The notes: generated from the sequence alone by a model not told the origin. DNA of 64,000 bases from an uncultured Gemmatimonadales bacterium (GCA_963798845.1 CAWCUS010000006.1:608001-672000); one strand, 5' to 3'; numbered from the stretch's first letter, positions 37,988 through 48,402 are shown. Program-made: numbers and translations.

Positions 37988-40105
37988 TCAATTCAGCCGG
38001 AGCTGGAGCCGCAGCGTGCGCCCGGGCTGGGGCAGGCCGCACTGGTCGTAGACCGCCCGGTCGGTGATGTTGTCCAGCGCGAGCTCCACGCCCACCCTGC
38101 GCCCCTGTCCGGGCAGGAGGAACGTCCGGGAGAGCTGCACGTCGGTGCGGGTGCCGGGGTCGAGTCGGGCATAGCTCTCGTCGCCGGGCGACGGCGTCAC
38201 GCAGTACTGAGAGCCCCAGTACTCCACTTCCGCCCCCAGTTCGATCCCGGCGAGCACCGGGGCCGTGCCGCCCACGCCCCCGGCCACTTCGGGCTCGTAC
38301 TCCGCGCGCACGGGCTGGCCCCCTTCCGCCACCGCCTGGACGTCCTGCAGCGTCAGCTCGGCCTCCAACGCGAAGCGCCGTACGGTGTAGCCGGCCAGCA
38401 GCTCGACCCCCGTGCTCCGGACCTCGTCCCGATTCACCCGCATGTAGCGGGCGCTCGATCCCTCCGGTGCCGCGCCGCGAACGATGGCGTCGGAGAGGCG
38501 CTGGTGGAACGCCACGACCTGGACGTCGTAAGCGCCCTGGAGGGTGGTGAAGCCGCCTTCCACGGCCGTCTGGAGCTCGGGACGGAGCCCCGGGTTCGGC
38601 TCGAATTTGCCGAGCCCCGTCGAGTACATCTCGCGCAGGGCGGGGAACCGGCCACGACGGCTCACGGCGGCGTGCAGGAGCACGGATCCGCCGGGGCTGC
38701 TCGCGCTCACCCCGAAGCGGCCGCCCCACTGCTGCACGCTCTGGCCGGGGCCCGCGCCGCCCGTGCGCGGGGTGTCACCGCCGTCCAGGACCACACCGGC
38801 GCTCACGCGTCCCCGGCGGAAGGCGGGGATGCGGTCCAGGGCGAAGGGGATCTCGAGCTCGGTGCCGGCGCTCCACAGGCGCTGGCGATACGCGCCGTCT
38901 TCGCGCACTGGCGAGCTGCCGGCGAGGGAAGTCCCGATCACCTCGTCGTGGCGTATGTCGGCGTAGGTGACTGCACCCCGCAGCGCCGCGCCGCCCGGCA
39001 GCGTCTGCTCCGCCCGCACGCGGGCGGTGACGGTGACGTCGTCGTCCTCCTCGGTCTCGTCGAGGGTTGAGAAGAAGGAGTCGGCGGGGAGCGTCGCGCG
39101 CTCGGGCCGGTCGGGCATGGCGAACCCTTCGATCCGCATTGCGCCGCGGTCGACGCCCACGCTCACGCGCACATCGCCCGCGCCGAGGCCGTTCACCAGC
39201 GGACCGGTGCCGGCCGAGAAGATCCCGACTGCCCGCCACAGCTCTGGATACCGCCAGAGCCGAGGACCCGTCTCGTGAAGCTCGGGTGGGACACCCCTGA
39301 CGGCCGTGAACGCGGACCCCGTCCCCGAGATCCACGGGCCGCCGTCGAGGCCGTAGCGGAGAGCGACGAACCCGTCGGTGTGGGACAGGTCGCTGTTCAC
39401 GAGGCGCTCGTCGCCGGCCAGCCCGGGGTAAACGGCGATGATCCCGTCCGGCGACGCGATCCCTGGACGCCACCGGCGTGCGACACCCGTCCGGGCCGAC
39501 AGCGTTCCCGCGCCCGCGCCGAACGCCGTTCCAGCGTGGGCCGACACGGCGTACCCGCCGTTGTCCTCCGCGCCGATCGCCGCGCGCAGCGGTGTCGCCC
39601 CGGCACCCTCCGCCGACACTTCGATCTCCACGGCACCGCCGAGCACGTTCGGCCCGTGCAGCACGTCGGACAGCCCGCGCACGAGCCGGACGCGTTGTGC
39701 TGCCGTGACGGGAACCACCGAGAGGTCCGTGCGGTGATCCCAGCCGAGGGTCAGCGGCACTCCGTCCAGGAGGATCGCGACCTGCCGTTCGTCGGCGCCC
39801 CGCATGGCGAGCTGCGCCTCACCGCGGGAGTTCGTCCGGACCTGCACGAGCGGCAGCTCCCGCAGGACGTCCTCGAGCAGCGGAGCCGGTCGGATGCGCA
39901 CGGAGTCGAGCCGCACCTCCACGGCGCTGACGCCGCCCGGAGTGGTGACCGGGCGTACCGCCCGGACGGCGATCGGCTCGATCGGGTAGACGGTGTCCTG
40001 CCGCAGCGTGTCCGGCATCTGCGAGCGGGCCGGGGCAGGAAGGAGCAGCACGGCCAGGGCGAAGAGCCCCGGGCCGAACGAGCCATGGGTATGCACCCTG
40101 TTCAT
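37988..40105 (-). CDS. TonB-dependent outer-membrane receptor
   Basis: Signal peptide; plug LEDVLRELP..MRG..ILLDGVPL..VLHGPNVLGGAV; NPGLRPE; DNITD..PQPGRTL. Confidence 0.92.
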   Translation of the reverse strand: MNRVHTHGSFGPGLFALAVLLLPAPARSQMPDTLRQDTVYPIEPIAVRAVRPVTTPGGVSAVEVRLDSVRIRPAPLLEDVLRELPLVQVRTNSRGEAQLAMRGADERQVAILLDGVPLTLGWDHRTDLSVVPVTAAQRVRLVRGLSDVLHGPNVLGGAVEIEVSAEGAGATPLRAAIGAEDNGGYAVSAHAGTAFGAGAGTLSARTGVARRWRPGIASPDGIIAVYPGLAGDERLVNSDLSHTDGFVALRYGLDGGPWISGTGSAFTAVRGVPPELHETGPRLWRYPELWRAVGIFSAGTGPLVNGLGAGDVRVSVGVDRGAMRIEGFAMPDRPERATLPADSFFSTLDETEEDDDVTVTARVRAEQTLPGGAALRGAVTYADIRHDEVIGTSLAGSSPVREDGAYRQRLWSAGTELEIPFALDRIPAFRRGRVSAGVVLDGGDTPRTGGAGPGQSVQQWGGRFGVSASSPGGSVLLHAAVSRRGRFPALREMYSTGLGKFEPNPGLRPELQTAVEGGFTTLQGAYDVQVVAFHQRLSDAIVRGAAPEGSSARYMRVNRDEVRSTGVELLAGYTVRRFALEAELTLQDVQAVAEGGQPVRAEYEPEVAGGVGGTAPVLAGIELGAEVEYWGSQYCVTPSPGDESYARLDPGTRTDVQLSRTFLLPGQGRRVGVELALDNITDRAVYDQCGLPQPGRTLRLQLRLN

Positions 40106-40212
40106 CGGCGCTCGGAATTGGTGTCGTGGGGATGGGCTTCACGATGAAGGTGGCCGGTCGGGCCCGCCTTCCGCAACCGCCGGCGCGGCGGAGGCGCCGG
40201 AGCGGGGAGGCC

Positions 40213-41505
40213 TCAGCCCAGGCGCTTCGTCCGCCGCTTCAGGAAGTCGCGCATGACATACTGGCCCAGCGTCATCGTGCTCGTGAAGTAAGCCCGGCCG
40301 CGCGCCATTTCGCTCACCTTCGACACGAACTGCATCAACGCCGCTTCCCGCGCCAGCATGAACGTGTTGATCACGATCCCGCTCTTCCTGCACGCCGCAA
40401 CCTCGTGGAAGGTCTCACGGAGCACGAACGGGTCGAGCCCGGCCGGGTTCTTGTACACGCGGCCGTCCGGCATGGTCACGGCGCTGGGCTTCCCGTCCGT
40501 GATCATCACGATCTGGCGCATGTCCTTCTTTTGCCCCTGTAGGATGCGCCGGGCGAGCTTCAACCCCTCGGCCGTGTTGGTGTGGTAGGGCCCGACCCGG
40601 GCGCGCGAGATGCTCTTCAGCGGCACCTCCTCCGCGCGGTCGCCGAACGTCACCACCCGCAGCGTGTCGCCCGGGTACTGCGTCCGGATCAGGTGGCTCA
40701 GCGCCAGCGCCACCTTCTTCGCCGGTGTGAACCGGTCCTCGCCGTACAGGATCATGCTGTGGCTGACGTCCAGCATGAGCACCGTCGCGCACGAGCTGCG
40801 GAACTCCGCCTGGTGCACCATCAGGTCCTCGTACCGCAGGTCCAGCGGCACGCCGATCCCTTCCCGGGCCATGGCGCTCTTGAGCGTGGCCGGGATGTCC
40901 AGGTTCATGGTGTCGCCGAAGCGGTACGGCCTCGATGCCGCCTCCGCCTCCACGCCCGTCGCCAGGTGCGCCGTCTCATGGCTTCCCAGGCTCGATTTCC
41001 CCAGCGCACCCATCAGGTCGCGCAGCGTGCGGTACCCGAGGAAGTCCAGCCCCTTGCCCGTGAGATCGAACTCGACCTGCCTCGCCGCCTTCGCCGCGTC
41101 GTCGACCTTGCCGCTCCCTTCCATCTCCTCGAACGACGACGGCATGCCCGTCCCTTCCGACAGCGTCAGATAGCCTTCCTCCACCAGCTTCTGGATCAGG
41201 TCGTCCAGGAGCTGCGCGATCTGCTGGCGGACCTCGTCCGACCCCGGGCCGTCGCCCCGCAGCTCCTCCAGCATCTCGGGCGTCAGCTGGCCGCTGGCCA
41301 TGAGCGCGCGCAGCAGCGCCTCCTTGAGCGACTCCAGAGACCGGTCCCCCGTCGGCGGCTCTTCCCACGCCCACCAGGGCTGGTCCTCCGGCCCGCCCGC
41401 GAAGCCGGACTGGAGCAGGAAATCGCTCAGCCGCTCCAGGAGGGACTCGAGGTTGAGTGCGTCGAGCCAGGTGCCGCTGTACTTGCTGTAGGTGGTGAAA
41501 CGCAT
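40213..41505 (-). CDS. VWA domain-containing protein
   Basis: MIDAS motif LMLDVSHSM, PYHTNTAEGL, IVMITDGKPS, YRFGDTMNLD. Confidence 0.9.
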   Translation of the reverse strand: MRFTTYSKYSGTWLDALNLESLLERLSDFLLQSGFAGGPEDQPWWAWEEPPTGDRSLESLKEALLRALMASGQLTPEMLEELRGDGPGSDEVRQQIAQLLDDLIQKLVEEGYLTLSEGTGMPSSFEEMEGSGKVDDAAKAARQVEFDLTGKGLDFLGYRTLRDLMGALGKSSLGSHETAHLATGVEAEAASRPYRFGDTMNLDIPATLKSAMAREGIGVPLDLRYEDLMVHQAEFRSSCATVLMLDVSHSMILYGEDRFTPAKKVALALSHLIRTQYPGDTLRVVTFGDRAEEVPLKSISRARVGPYHTNTAEGLKLARRILQGQKKDMRQIVMITDGKPSAVTMPDGRVYKNPAGLDPFVLRETFHEVAACRKSGIVINTFMLAREAALMQFVSKVSEMARGRAYFTSTMTLGQYVMRDFLKRRTKRLG

Positions 41506-41611
41506 GGAGCCACATCGGTGAGAGGAGCCACCCGAACGCTCACGCAAACCGGACCCTCGCGCAATCCCCGGGCCCCTGGACACCCGGGGCCGCGCGACCT
41601 ACCCTCCGACC

Positions 41612-42698
41612 GTGTCCACCCACCCAGTCGCCGCAGCGGTCCTCGACCACTTCGACCGCCACCGGCGCGACCTGCCGTGGCGCCGCACCGCCGACCCGTA
41701 CGCGATCTGGGTCAGCGAGGTCATGCTCCAGCAGACGCGGGTGGACACCGTCCGCGACTATTACCATCGCTGGCTGGACCGCTTCCCCACCGTCCACGTG
41801 CTTGCCCGCGCCGAAATCGACGAGGTCCTGCTCGCCTGGAAGGGGCTCGGATACTATTCTCGCGCCCGCAACCTCCACGCTGCGGCGCGCGTTGTGCGGG
41901 AACGACACGGAGGCGATCTGCCCGCGGACCCTGCGGCGCTCCGGGCGCTCCCCGGCGTCGGCGAGTACACGGCCGGCGCCGTCGCCAGCATCGCCTACGG
42001 CGTCGCCATCCCCGCGGTGGACGGGAACGTCCGGCGGGTCCTCAGCCGCCTGTACGACCTTCCTGCGCCGGGCCCGGCCACGCTGCGCGGCCTCGCCGCC
42101 GCCCTGCTGCCGGCCGATCGGCCGGGCGACTTCAACCAGGCGCTCATGGAGCTCGGCGCAACGATCTGCACGCCGAAGCGACCGGCGTGCGACGCGTGCC
42201 CCATCGCGGACCGGTGCGTCGCCAGGGATCTCGGCACCCAGGAGCAGCGACCGCTACCGATGAAAAGGGCGCCGGTGCCGGAGCGCACCGTGGACGTGGC
42301 GGTCGTTCTGGCCGGCGGCGACCACACGCTCCTGGTGCGTCGGCCGGAGACCGGGCTGCTGGCCGGGATGTGGGAGTTCCCCGTCCCCGCGGACCATGCC
42401 TGGGTGCGCGAGCTCGCCGACGCCGCGGATCCGGTCGCGGAGCTCGAGGCGGTCGTGCACGTGTTCACGCACCTCAAGGTCACGTACGTGCCCACCGTGT
42501 ACGCCTTGGCCATACCCGCGAGGCCAGGCGACGGGCCGACGCTGCCGCCGACACCGGCCAGCGCGAGAATGGGCTTCCGTTTCCGACCTCGACGGCTACG
42601 CCCTTCCCGTTGCCCAGCAGCGGATCGCCCGGTCCGCGATGACCGCGTGGCGAACGGGGTGCTCCACGCGCTCGATCCCCGGGAGCGCGATGCAGTGA
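41612..42698 (+). CDS. mutY: A/G-specific adenine glycosylase; +1 frameshift at 42568-42569 near the C-terminus
   Basis: RDLPWR, WVSEVMLQQT, WKGLGYYSRARNL, LPGVGEYTAGA, VDGNVRRV, CX6CX2CX5C. Deleting one A gives ARWASVSDLDGYALPVAQQRI, with stop at 42698. Confidence 0.92.
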
Positions 42699-42735
42699 TC
42701 GGGCGCGCGCCCGGCAGCCGCGCTCTAGCCGCCCT

Positions 42736-44481
42736 CTAGCCGCCGAACACCCTGCGTCCGACGGCGCGGCCGATGAAGCGGAGCCGGTCGGCCCACGGCA
42801 GCCGCCGGAGGTTGGTCCGAACCACGCCCCGGGTGAAGTACGTCTTCTCGGAATAGTCGATGGCGACGTCCACGACGGCCGGCCGCCCCGACTCCAGCGC
42901 CGCCGCCACGCCTTCCAGCACGGCCGGGATCTCGGACTCGCGGTCGAGCCGGAGGCAGCAGCCCAGGCCGGCGAACGCCTCGCACAGGCCGCTCACGCTG
43001 TAGTCGTGGACCGCGCTGGCGGTCTTGCGGTTGAGCGCCGTCTCCTGGAACTGGGCGATCTGCGCCAGCTCCGCGTCGCGCAGGACGAAGATCGCCACGG
43101 GGACCTCGTAGTTCCGCGCGGTCAGAAGCTCGAGCCCGGTCATGAGGAACGCGCCGTCGCCCGCGAGTGCCACCACGGTCCGGTCGGGCGCGGCCAGCTT
43201 GGCCCCGATCGCCGCCGGCACGGAGTAGCCCATGCACGAGTAGTCCACGGGCGCCAGGAATTGACGGGGACCGTCCAGGCGCAGCATCTCCATGGCCAGG
43301 AAGGTGCCGTTCCCGCTGTCCGTGGTGAACGTGGTTCCGGCGCCGAAGTGGGCGTGGATCGCTCGCAGCAGCGCGTGCGGTCGGATACGCTCCGACGGCT
43401 TGCCTGCCCACTCCGCCTCCACTGCGTCGTGCCCCGCGGCGATGCGACGTCGCAGGTCGATGTCCACCGGCCGCTCCCCCAGCGCTTCGAGGAGCGCGGC
43501 CACGGTGGCCGCCGAACCGGAGTTCAGCGCCACCGCGGGAGGGTAGTTCCGCCCGAGCACCGCCGGATCCACGTCCACGTGCACCAGCGGCCCCGGGAGC
43601 GTCAGGCCGTAGCTCCCCGTCCCGACCTCTCCGAACCGGCAGCCGATGGCGAGGACGGCGTCGCAGTCGGCGGCGACCTTCCGGGCGAAGGGGGGCGCGG
43701 CGTCGCCGAAGCCGGGCCAGAGGAAGAGCGGGTGCGACTCGGGGAACACCCCCTTCCCCTGGAAGGTGCTGGCCACCGGGGCCTCCAGCCGCTCGGCCAG
43801 AGTCAGCAGATCGTCGCCCGCCGGGAGCGCCCCCAGCCCCACGTAGAGCAGCGGCCGGCGGGCACCCTCGAGCAGCGCCACGGCCCGGTCGAGCGCTGCG
43901 GCGTCCGGCTCGGGGAGCGCGGACACGGCCGCGCCGGCCTCGAACAGGTCACGCTCCTCCTCCAGCTTCACGTCGTGGGTGAACAGGTACAGGTTGGCCG
44001 GGACTTCCACGAACACGGGGCCGGGCACGCCGGAACGGGCGAGGCGGCACGCTTGCCGAACGGCGGAGTAGAGGGCGTCGCCCGTCTCCGGTCGGAACTG
44101 CGCCTTCGTCACGGGTGCGACCATGGCCGCCTGGTCCACGTCGTGGAGCTGGTAGCCGTGACCGGTGTCGCCCCGGATGCCGCATCCCAGCACGAGCATG
44201 GGGACGGAGTCCATCCACGCCTCGGCGATCCCCGACATGGCGTGGGTCAGCCCCGCCCCCGGGACCACGTTGACGCACCCCAGCCGGCCGGACGCGCGCC
44301 ACACCCCGTCGGCCATGAACGATGCGCCCTGCTCGTCCGTGACCAGGATCGGCCGGACCGCGTCCGACTCCGCGAGCGCATCGTAGAGCTCGATGTTGTG
44401 CGTGCCGGGGATGCCGAACGTGAACGGAACGCCCTCGTCCTCCAGGGCCGCCACCACCAGCTTCGCTCCGGGAATACCCAT
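42736..44481 (-). CDS. thiamine diphosphate-binding enzyme (acetolactate synthase large-subunit-like)
   Basis: FGIPGTHNI, DEQGASFMADG, PGPVFVEVP, MGYSVPAAIGAK, GDGAFLM. Confidence 0.9.
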   Translation of the reverse strand: MGIPGAKLVVAALEDEGVPFTFGIPGTHNIELYDALAESDAVRPILVTDEQGASFMADGVWRASGRLGCVNVVPGAGLTHAMSGIAEAWMDSVPMLVLGCGIRGDTGHGYQLHDVDQAAMVAPVTKAQFRPETGDALYSAVRQACRLARSGVPGPVFVEVPANLYLFTHDVKLEEERDLFEAGAAVSALPEPDAAALDRAVALLEGARRPLLYVGLGALPAGDDLLTLAERLEAPVASTFQGKGVFPESHPLFLWPGFGDAAPPFARKVAADCDAVLAIGCRFGEVGTGSYGLTLPGPLVHVDVDPAVLGRNYPPAVALNSGSAATVAALLEALGERPVDIDLRRRIAAGHDAVEAEWAGKPSERIRPHALLRAIHAHFGAGTTFTTDSGNGTFLAMEMLRLDGPRQFLAPVDYSCMGYSVPAAIGAKLAAPDRTVVALAGDGAFLMTGLELLTARNYEVPVAIFVLRDAELAQIAQFQETALNRKTASAVHDYSVSGLCEAFAGLGCCLRLDRESEIPAVLEGVAAALESGRPAVVDVAIDYSEKTYFTRGVVRTNLRRLPWADRLRFIGRAVGRRVFGG

Positions 44482-46010
44482 CAGCCGATGCCCCCTTCCG
44501 CCGGAACCAGCTCGCCGATCTCATCGAGGACCTTTTCGGCGACGCGATCGGCCAGTCCCATGATCGTCAGATACGGGTTGATCTCCAGCGAGTCGGGGAA
44601 CAGCGCGGAGTCGGCCACTCGCAGCCACGGCAGGCCGTGCACCCGCCCCCACGCATCCGTCACCGAGTCCGTGGCGGTCGCGCCCATGGCGCACCCGCCC
44701 ATCAGGTGCGCGGCCGAGATGCTGATCTTCCCCGTGCGGAAGTGCTGCCTCGTGATGAGCGCGTCCACTCGCTCGGCGTCCGCGCGCTCGATCAGCTGCG
44801 GCTCCGCTTCCGGCGCGTGCACGCGCAACGCACCCGCAGCGAAGAAGATGCGGGCCGAGGCGCGCGTGGCGGCAACCAGCGCGTCCACCACCTCGTCCGT
44901 GAACCGGTAGCGCACCACCGCGCGGCCGGCCCGGTCCACGTCGATGCGGTTGCCGGACACCGCCTTGTCGAGGGCCAGCACCAGGATCATCTGGAGCCGG
45001 GGGAACGCCCGCATCAGCCGGCTGTGCGGTGCGCCGAAGCCGGTCAGGTTCTTGGCCGTGATGAACGGGAAATACATGCACGTCTCGAGCACGTAGCCTT
45101 CCCGCCACCGGTCCAGGAAATAGCTCTTCGGGTGGCCGACGTCGTTCGTGATCGGCTCCTCGTGCTCCGCGACCAGGATGTGGGCAGGGTGACAGGTGAA
45201 GCCCGCGCCGAGCGCCGGAAGCCGCGGCCCCAGACCGGAGCGCAGGAGGAGCGCGCTGGAGCCGATGGAGCCGCCCGCCACCACGACCATGCCGGCATCC
45301 ACGTCGTATTCCCCGGGCTCCCATTCCGGATCCCGACCCTTCGCCCCGGGAGCCCGCTCGCTCACCCGCACGCGCAAGGTGCGCGCGACCGGGTCCAGCC
45401 GCACCACTTCGGCCCGCGTCGCCACTTCGACGCCAGCCCGCTCGGCCGCCGGAAGCTGCACGAACGCCGTTCCCATCTTCGCGCCGTTCGGACAGCCGAG
45501 GTTGCACAGCGAGGATCCCAGGCAGCCCCGCAGGTTCACCGGGAACTGCTCCGCCTCCCACCCCAGCGCCGCGCACCCATCCCGGAACAGCCGGTTGTTG
45601 TCGTTGATCAGCTCGGGCGGCAGCAGGTGCACGTTGTTGTCCGCTGCGTACCGCTCCGCCCGCGACGTCAGGTCCCCGTGGTCCAGCCCGGACACGCCCC
45701 AGCCGTCGACCACTCGCTTCGGTGGAAGCATGCTCGTGCCCGTGTACACCAGGGTGCTCCCGCCGTAGGCCCGGCCGAACGCCAGCGTCATGGACCCGTC
45801 GGCGGTCAGGAACCCGCCATCATCCTCGTACAGCGCGGACGCCATCTCGAGCTCCCCTCCCGTCATCTCGCCCGCGTCCACCCGCGGGCCCTGCTCCAGC
45901 ACCAGGACACGCCGCCCCTGCCTCACCAGCGGCCCGAGCACCTGCGCCACGGTGCCTCCGCCCGCGCCCGAGCCGACGATCACCACGTCGTAGCGTCGCC
46001 GCCCGCTCAT
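44481..46010 (-). CDS. GMC family FAD oxidoreductase
   Basis: DVVIVGSGAGG, LEQG, GGSTL, CLGSSLCNLGCPNGAK, AHLMGGCAMG, VADSALFP..NP. Confidence 0.92.
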   Translation of the reverse strand: MSGRRRYDVVIVGSGAGGGTVAQVLGPLVRQGRRVLVLEQGPRVDAGEMTGGELEMASALYEDDGGFLTADGSMTLAFGRAYGGSTLVYTGTSMLPPKRVVDGWGVSGLDHGDLTSRAERYAADNNVHLLPPELINDNNRLFRDGCAALGWEAEQFPVNLRGCLGSSLCNLGCPNGAKMGTAFVQLPAAERAGVEVATRAEVVRLDPVARTLRVRVSERAPGAKGRDPEWEPGEYDVDAGMVVVAGGSIGSSALLLRSGLGPRLPALGAGFTCHPAHILVAEHEEPITNDVGHPKSYFLDRWREGYVLETCMYFPFITAKNLTGFGAPHSRLMRAFPRLQMILVLALDKAVSGNRIDVDRAGRAVVRYRFTDEVVDALVAATRASARIFFAAGALRVHAPEAEPQLIERADAERVDALITRQHFRTGKISISAAHLMGGCAMGATATDSVTDAWGRVHGLPWLRVADSALFPDSLEINPYLTIMGLADRVAEKVLDEIGELVPAEGGIG

Positions 46011-46555
46011 GATTCGCCGCCTTTCGACCCGGGAGGGCTCCCGGCTTCCGGTCCGGCCGATGGGCTCTCGGCGGACGAAGGCCCGGTGGACGTTCCGCCT
46101 GAGCCGCTCGCCATCCCGGCCTCCGTGGCCTCGCGCGCGGACCGGGTCGCCGCAGGGTGCTCGAGCCAGCCGCGCAGGCGCGCGTCGTAGCCCACCGCGC
46201 GATAACCGTCGAGAGCGCCGTAGTATCCCATGTAGACCAGCGTCCGCAGCCCCCAGAAGCCGCGCCGGAGGAGGAAGACCGGCGAGTTCTGCATGCTGGC
46301 CAGGAAGCGGGACTGGAGGTGAGGGTCGAGGCGGCGGAAGCCGCGGCCCCAGCGGAACACGGGCAGAACCGACAGCGCGCGGATGAACAGCACCAGCTGC
46401 CGGCGCATGGACCGCGGCCGCGCCGCCAGGGCGTCCTCCACGATCGATTCCAGCTCCCCCCAGCCGCGGGCGTCGAGATGCTCCGCCTCCGGCACGATGG
46501 CCTTCGCCAGCGCGCGGAACGCCGGCCGCACGGGATCCAGGATGGGCACGGTCAC
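46007..46555 (-). CDS. gluconate 2-dehydrogenase subunit 3-like partner protein
   Basis: GFRRLDPHLQSRFL...GFWGLRTLVYMGYY...VGY; coupled to the GMC gene (ATGA overlap). Start uncertain. Confidence 0.7.
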   Translation of the reverse strand: MTVPILDPVRPAFRALAKAIVPEAEHLDARGWGELESIVEDALAARPRSMRRQLVLFIRALSVLPVFRWGRGFRRLDPHLQSRFLASMQNSPVFLLRRGFWGLRTLVYMGYYGALDGYRAVGYDARLRGWLEHPAATRSAREATEAGMASGSGGTSTGPSSAESPSAGPEAGSPPGSKGGES

Positions 46556-46730
46556 TCCGGGATCGAGGAACGACAATGGCCGCGGCCCCGACCCGGGTGA
46601 GACGTCTCCCCGGTCGGGCCGCCGCACCGGATCATTCTGCGCCCCCGGCGCGCCGGACGCCAATTCCGCGCCCGCCGTCGACTGCCGCGCCGGTTTCCCG
46701 CGAGCCCATCGCGCCGTACGATTCTGCCCC

Positions 46731-48221
46731 ATGAAGAAACCGGATCCCCTCGACGAGCTCGCGCTCCTGGTCCGCTCCAACCACGGCCTCGCGGTCCTGG
46801 AAACGGAGGACGAGGATCGCGCGGGCGGCTTGCTGCGCCACCTCGCCGACCGTCTCGGCGTGCCCCGTTTCGTGTGGACGCCGTCCCGGGGGCTGCGCCG
46901 CGATGACATGGATGGCCCCGTTTACGGGACGCAGGTGGCACAGGCGGCGCTGGCGCACGTCGAGCAGGCCGCCTTCGCGGCCGTCTACCACTTCAGCGGA
47001 CTCGGGCCATTCCTGGGCGATGCCCGCGTCGCCGCCGCGCTCGCCGACGCGGTGCTGCCGTACGAGCGCGTGCCGGGGATCATCGTCCTCACAGGCCCCG
47101 ACCTCGAGCTGCCCGCGTCCGTCCGCCACCGCGCTGCCGTGGTGCGCCTCGCCCCGCCGGACGACGCCGACTATCAGCAGCTCCTCACACGCATCCTCCG
47201 CGACCTGCGGGCGCGTCAGCACGTGACCGTCGAAATGTCTCCCGGCGAGCTCCGGCGGCTGTACGCAAACCTCAGGGGGCTCACCCTGGTGGAGGCGGAG
47301 AAGGTCCTGACGCGCGCCATCGTCGAGGATGGTCGCCTGACGGCCGAGGACATCGCCGCCGTCTTCGAGCACAAGCAGGAGCTCGTGGAGCGAGACGGGC
47401 TGCTGGAATACTACCCCGCCGAGGAGGCGCTGGCCGACGTCGCCGACCTCGCGACGCTCAAGCAATGGCTCGCTACACGGACCGCCCTCATCAGGGAGCC
47501 AGAACGAGCCCGTCGCTTCGGACTCGATTTCCCCAAGGGGATCCTCCTCGTGGGCGTCCCGGGCGCCGGCAAGTCCCTGTGCGCCAAGGCGGTGGCCACA
47601 GAGTGGGGTCTCCCGCTCCTGAAGCTCGACCCCTCGGCATTGTACAACAAGTACATCGGCGAGACGGAGAAGAACTTGCGCCGGGCCATGGAGATCGCGG
47701 AGAGGATGGCGCCCGTCGTGCTCTGGATCGACGAGCTCGAGAAGGCGTTCGCCGAAGGCGGTGCCGAGGACGGTGGCGTCTCCGCCCGAGTCCTGGGCAC
47801 GTTCCTCGGCTGGATGCAGGACCGCAGCGGCGACGTCTTCATCGTGGCCACCGCCAACGACGTCCGGCGTCTCCCTCCGGAATTCCTGCGCAAGGGGCGA
47901 TTCGACGAGATCTTCTTCGTCGATTTTCCCGACCCGGAAGCCCGGCGCGAGATCTTCCGCATCCACCTGGCCCGCCGCCACCACCTCGACCCCGCGTTCG
48001 ACCTCGCCGCCCTCGCCGACGCCGCCGCCTCCTTCACCGGCGCCGAGATCGAGCAGGTCGTCATCAGCGCCCTCTACACCGCTTTCGCCACCGATCGGCC
48101 TCTCACGCAGGACGCGCTGCGCCAGGAGATCGCGCGCACGCGGCCGCTCGCTGTGGCGGCCCGCGAGCGTATCGACGCACTGAGGCAGTGGGCGGACGGG
48201 AGGACCGTAACGGCCAACTGA
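46731..48221 (+). CDS. AAA+ ATPase (Ycf46-like)
   Basis: PKGILLVGVPGAGKSL, LWIDELEK, VATAND, LPPEFLRKGRFDEIFFVD. Confidence 0.92.
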   Translation: MKKPDPLDELALLVRSNHGLAVLETEDEDRAGGLLRHLADRLGVPRFVWTPSRGLRRDDMDGPVYGTQVAQAALAHVEQAAFAAVYHFSGLGPFLGDARVAAALADAVLPYERVPGIIVLTGPDLELPASVRHRAAVVRLAPPDDADYQQLLTRILRDLRARQHVTVEMSPGELRRLYANLRGLTLVEAEKVLTRAIVEDGRLTAEDIAAVFEHKQELVERDGLLEYYPAEEALADVADLATLKQWLATRTALIREPERARRFGLDFPKGILLVGVPGAGKSLCAKAVATEWGLPLLKLDPSALYNKYIGETEKNLRRAMEIAERMAPVVLWIDELEKAFAEGGAEDGGVSARVLGTFLGWMQDRSGDVFIVATANDVRRLPPEFLRKGRFDEIFFVDFPDPEARREIFRIHLARRHHLDPAFDLAALADAAASFTGAEIEQVVISALYTAFATDRPLTQDALRQEIARTRPLAVAARERIDALRQWADGRTVTAN

Positions 48222-48402
48222 GCACCCCGGGTCGGGAATACTCCCACAGAAATTTCATCCAGTGCCCGACTGTTCTCCGGCCTTCCGCGGCGCATCTTGC
48301 AATCACAATTTGGAAATGGGGTCCGCGGCGCGCGGGTAGGGGCTTCGCCGGAGAGTCGCCGTCGGGCCCCATTTTCAACTCCAGGAGGGGCACAGACCTC
48401 TC

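Noticed and set aside
40106..40212. Cobalamin or TPP riboswitch upstream of the TonB receptor
   Set aside because: Only about 107 nt are available and no recognisable conserved riboswitch boxes are present.
40213..48221. VWA protein and AAA ATPase as a MoxR-VWA chaperone pair
   Set aside because: They are 5 kb apart on opposite strands, and the ATPase is Ycf46/classic-AAA type rather than MoxR.
48310..48378. SRP RNA or tRNA
   Set aside because: No SRP domain IV core and no cloverleaf or T-loop signature.
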